From Reclinomonas americana ATCC 50394 (lineage: Eukaryota), in NCBI GenBank assembly GCA_048213135.1, contig PS015061.1, positions 142,444 to 177,368 of the forward strand: a stretch of 34,925 nucleotides of DNA, given 5' to 3'. A model generated the notes under the pieces. It was not told the DNA's origin. It saw only the letters and a program-made list of their open reading frames with translations, and ran no database searches. Every line of letters starts with the position of its first letter. The stretch's first letter is position 1. Made by a program: the position numbers and the translations under genes. Of this stretch, positions 31,286-34,925 are shown piece after piece.

Positions 31286-33881
31286 ATGGCAAGCGCTGCC
31301 GGTTCCTCTTCTGGTAGGTACACACACACACATTGCTCTTGAACTTGACAAGAGTGCTCACTGGCCTGCACGCCGCAGGTGTTGGTGATCGTCGCGGCAT
31401 TGTGCGATTCGATGCCGACATTGTCGCCGGTGGGGCATGCTTGTCGCCACCTCATGTCGTGTCTCATGGACGCAGTGTGGGGCGTGTTGCTGCCGTGGTC
31501 ACTGACGACGGGATGTTGCATATATTTGGTGCCGACTACGGCTCACGCATCGGTCGCTGGAATGCACACAAGCATGCGAACTCGTCGTCGGGTCGGTGCA
31601 CTTGTGCCGCCTTTGTGACTGTTGGTGATGCTGGTGTGTGTATCGTTACCGGTGGCAACGACGGAAATCTTGTCATCGCCACTTTGGAGTCTGTTATTGC
31701 AGGCTTCAGAGAGGTGGGGCAAAGCGCAGTCTCCGAGAGAATTCCGTGGAAACAGAAGCAGCACATGCTGCCGGGAAAGCAGAAGCGCGAAATCAGCGCG
31801 AAATCCTCAACTGGCAGCATCCAGGAGTAACAGTATTGTCTGCACAGTTTCAAGAACGAATGCGGTTCATCTGCACGAGTTACGCGTCGCGCGCACTGCC
31901 AGCAGTATTACTGTGTCAACAAGCACCGTTCAGCTGCCATCGTTGAGTGGCACTTTCCATGTATGTGCGGTGTGTTTATCAGATGACGGTCAGACGCTTG
32001 CCGCTGGACTGAGCTTTGATGACGGTACTGGCGCATGTCTCATCTGGGCCGTCGACAACGTAAAAACGGGGTTGAGCGACAGTCACTGGCACATTGTTGA
32101 AACGTCGTCTGCTGTTCGTACCCTGACGTTTTTCTCTGGCGTTGGCGGTACTGGCGAGCAGGACTACAACGCGCTCGTTGTTGGGCTCCAAAATGGTTCC
32201 ATCGGTGCTGTGCATATTGCGAAAAAAGGCCAGCAAGATCTCGACCTGTGGCTTGACATTGAAGAACATCAACACAACAAGCCACTAAAATTGCTTACGC
32301 ATATTTGTGGTCGCTTGGTACTTGCTGTACACGAAGGTGTGTTCTCCAGCGCCGTTGTTTACTTGTGACAGAGTACTTATAAACCCCCTCTTCGATCAAT
32401 AGACGGCACTTGTATGATGTGGTCTTTGGAGTGCTCTCCAGTTCAACAACGAGCGGTACCTGCAGTTCGACTCCCTGTGCGACTGGTCGTTGATCAGGAC
32501 AGTCAACATATGATGGAAGGGGATGCAATTATCAGAGCATACGTCACCTCATTTGATCCGCTGGATGTGGCCAGCAGCAGAGACGGAGCGCTTCGTTCTT
32601 TCAAACTGATTGTCGCTGGTGGCAAAAGTCTTCGACACCTTGGTTTTACACTGAATGCCGGTATGTTCACTTGCGTAATGCTGTCGGAGAGATTTAACAT
32701 CTCTTGTGTCTCACGTACGTACAACATACTTCACAATCTTTCAGAATCGAGGCGCAAGGACGAGAGCAAAAGTCAATTGCAAGAGACCAGCTCCCGTACC
32801 AGTGTCGATCACAAGCAACAGCACTTGCAGGAAGAGCGCGCGGCTTTGCAACGGCAGCGGGAACGCGAACGTGAAATCGCACCTATGCGTTCACCGGCAC
32901 CGGCACCACGTGATCCTGATCAGGTTAATGCTCAAGTGCAACGCCCTCACCTTGAAGAGGAGCGTCATGTTCTCCAGCGACAGCTTCAGCGACGAGACGA
33001 GGAGTACGAATATCTCCGCCGGGAGCACATCGCCAGCCTCGCGCAATGTCAACGATTCCAGCAGCGCGTCGAGAACTTAGAAAATCAGGCTTCGAGGTCG
33101 CGGCAGGAAATTGATCAACTTCAACGGCTGTACAACGAGAGTCAAGCGCGGTGCTCGCAACTCCAGCGACAACTCCAGCTGCGCGATCAGTCACGCGTGG
33201 ATTCGGACATTTTTGCAACGTCGGACGAACAAGATCGGTTGCAGCGAGGGGAAATCGAACGGCCTCAACAGCAACATAGCAGCAGCCAGGATGAATGTGA
33301 GGAACTTCGTCGCGAACTTGACTTGCTTCGTCGCAAATGTGCGTTGTCTTCCTCAGCCTATTCTTCTTTCGAGAACCGTCATAGTCAGTTGTTCTGATTC
33401 TGAGTGTTACGATGATGCAGATGAGGAAGACAGCGTTTGGTGCTGTCGGTCATACAGAGTGCAGCTGAACACCAAGTGCTCCTTGGTTTGGCTGCAGTTC
33501 GTTGCCGTTGCATTGACAGTTGCCGGGTTCATCATGGTGGCAGCCGGATCTGTCCTTGACAGCATCAGCCTAGCCGGTGCTACAATCCAGTTGACTGGAG
33601 CACTGTATTTTGTTGCAGTTAGTGGGCTGCGTGTATTACCTTCTGTGTCAAGAGTCTCCTCTGTGTCGAAAGCTGATCTTGTGACGACTGTCCTCCTCTT
33701 GTTTTCTTTCATATTGAGCGGCGTGTGTGTCGGCATTATCCGTGACCACTCGTCTAGCGCCACGGCGTACACAATGGCACAAGCTAATGCTTGCTTGTCT
33801 GGCATTTGTCTGGTGACGTTTGGAGTTTTGTCGACTTGCAGTCTGCGAGGCAGCAAGTCGTACGAGCGAGTCAACCACTAG
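31286..33881 (+). CDS. WD40-like beta-propeller + coiled coil + ~4 TM helices; apparent frameshift near 31795 (possible pseudogene or assembly error)
   Basis: WD-like blades VVTDDGMLHIF, IVTGGNDGNLVI, CLSDDGQTLAAG...CLIW, LVVGLQNGSI, VHE|DGTCMMW. Q/E/R-rich coiled coil at ~32750-33330. A 37-nt intron (33384-33420) joins it in frame to a hydrophobic four-helix region ending SYERVNH*. Confidence 0.62.
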
Positions 33882-33984
33882 TTAACTGGGGTAGTTTCGC
33901 GGTATCTTCATCTTCAGCGCGTCTCTCTTGTGGTGAATGAAGTCATTGTTTCCAAGTTGTCCTCTCCATCTCAATTCGCCTCAA

Positions 33985-34524
33985 ATGTCGAGCAAACCCA
34001 ACACCACCACCACCACCACCACCACCTACATCACCCCAGGCACCATGCAAACCCTCTCCACCAAGATCCGAGTGGACGCCAACGAGGCCAGACGACTGCG
34101 TGAGGTGCGCGCCCTTTCTCTCCACCACCCCCACTATATCCCCCACACTCCCTCACCAACCACCACACACAGGAAAACGCCCTTCTCCACCGCCGACTGG
34201 CCAGCAAAGACGTGCAGATCGCCGAGCAATCCCGCGCCCTCGAGATCGCCAAGCGCCGAATCCGCGAGTTGCACACACAACAACAACAACAGCAGTCTGC
34301 AGCACAAAGTTTAGTTGCACGAAATAATTCCGTCGATTTGCATTCCAGTATTGCTCACTTCAATTGGTGCAGGTGGTGTGTCGGCGAGTGTGGTGGCCGG
34401 TGCGAACGCGCATCTGGCGCAGAGTAACTCGCGACTGCAGGAGATGAATGGGCGGTTGCAGCAAAAGACGCTGGATTTGACGAATGAGCTGCGGCGGCGG
34501 GAGAAGCAGGTGGTGGAGCTGAGG
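33985..34524 (+). CDS. Coiled-coil protein, 3'-partial, spliced
   Basis: MSSKPNTTT...EARRLRE|ENALLHRRLASKDVQIAEQSRALEIAKRRIRELH...|SGVSAS...SNSRLQEMNGRLQQKTLDLTNELRRREKQVVELR|gtgagt. Confidence 0.7.
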
Positions 34525-34680
34525 GTGAGTAAGAGGGAAAGGGAGTGAGAGGAGGAGGAGGTGAAGGAGGTGCCAGAAGCCTTTATGATCATCAAAGTGG
34601 GTTGCGTCGATCGCGACGGACTTTCTCTCGCTGTCTCCTCCATTTCCTGTATCTCGATCGTGCATGTGCTTCAGTGTCGT

Positions 34681-34694
34681 CTCTCTCTCTCTCT

Positions 34695-34736
<42 letters not shown>
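34681..34736. repeat. (CT)n microsatellite
   Basis: Direct observation. Similar tracts occur at 1-21, 31024-31083 and the window end. Confidence 0.9.
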
Positions 34737-34739
<3 letters not shown>

Positions 34740-34925
34740 TCACCCACTCGACCGCTCACGTACTCATTCTCGCCACCGAGAGGCACGGAGTGCGAGTGTG
34801 TTCAACTCAGTCTGTCTGTCCAGTTTTGCGTCAGCAGTTTCTCGCCATGATCACCGGCAAGAAATCATTTCCCTCACAGTGCTCTTCGCACCGCACTTGC
34901 TCTCTCTCTCTCTCTCTCTCTCTCT

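Noticed and set aside
28400-33930. Alternative genetic code or prokaryotic/viral insert to explain broken ORFs
   Set aside because: Nearly all breaks are explained by GT-AG introns. No transposase, integrase, capsid or polymerase motifs were seen.
1-34925. tRNA, rRNA or snRNA genes
   Set aside because: None recognisable by eye. A covariance-model search would be needed to exclude small RNAs.

Overview
Gene-dense, intron-rich eukaryotic DNA, most likely from a flagellated protist: many short GT-AG introns (mostly about 40-100 nt), (AG)n/(AC)n microsatellites and two N-gaps. The ORF track is mostly exon fragments, so I rebuilt gene models by hand from splice signals and reading-frame continuity. 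In order: 3' part of ELP4 (+), ZPR1 (-), ETF-beta (+), an HDDC2-like nucleotidase (+), a SHIPPO/ODF3-type PGP-repeat ciliary protein (-), a divergent TKL kinase fused to TPR repeats (-), a membrane-anchored protein with a consortin-N-like domain (+), an unknown low-complexity protein (-), a small N-myristoylated protein (+), a very atypical N-myristoylated Rab/Ras-like GTPase (+), and a hydrophobic protein with a LIR-like motif (+). A lower-GC block follows, with a type-I membrane protein of four IPT/TIG-like repeats (-) and a frameshifted WD40/coiled-coil/4TM protein (+), then the start of a coiled-coil gene. The most striking signal is an abundant non-canonical 5' splice-site class, GTTGCGT: at least 11 introns in 7 genes, never preceded by an exonic G. 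It looks like the local G|GTGCGT donor read in a +1-shifted register. A diverged ~150-bp element is also duplicated upstream of the two adjacent myristoylated-protein genes. All family assignments are by motif recognition, not database search.
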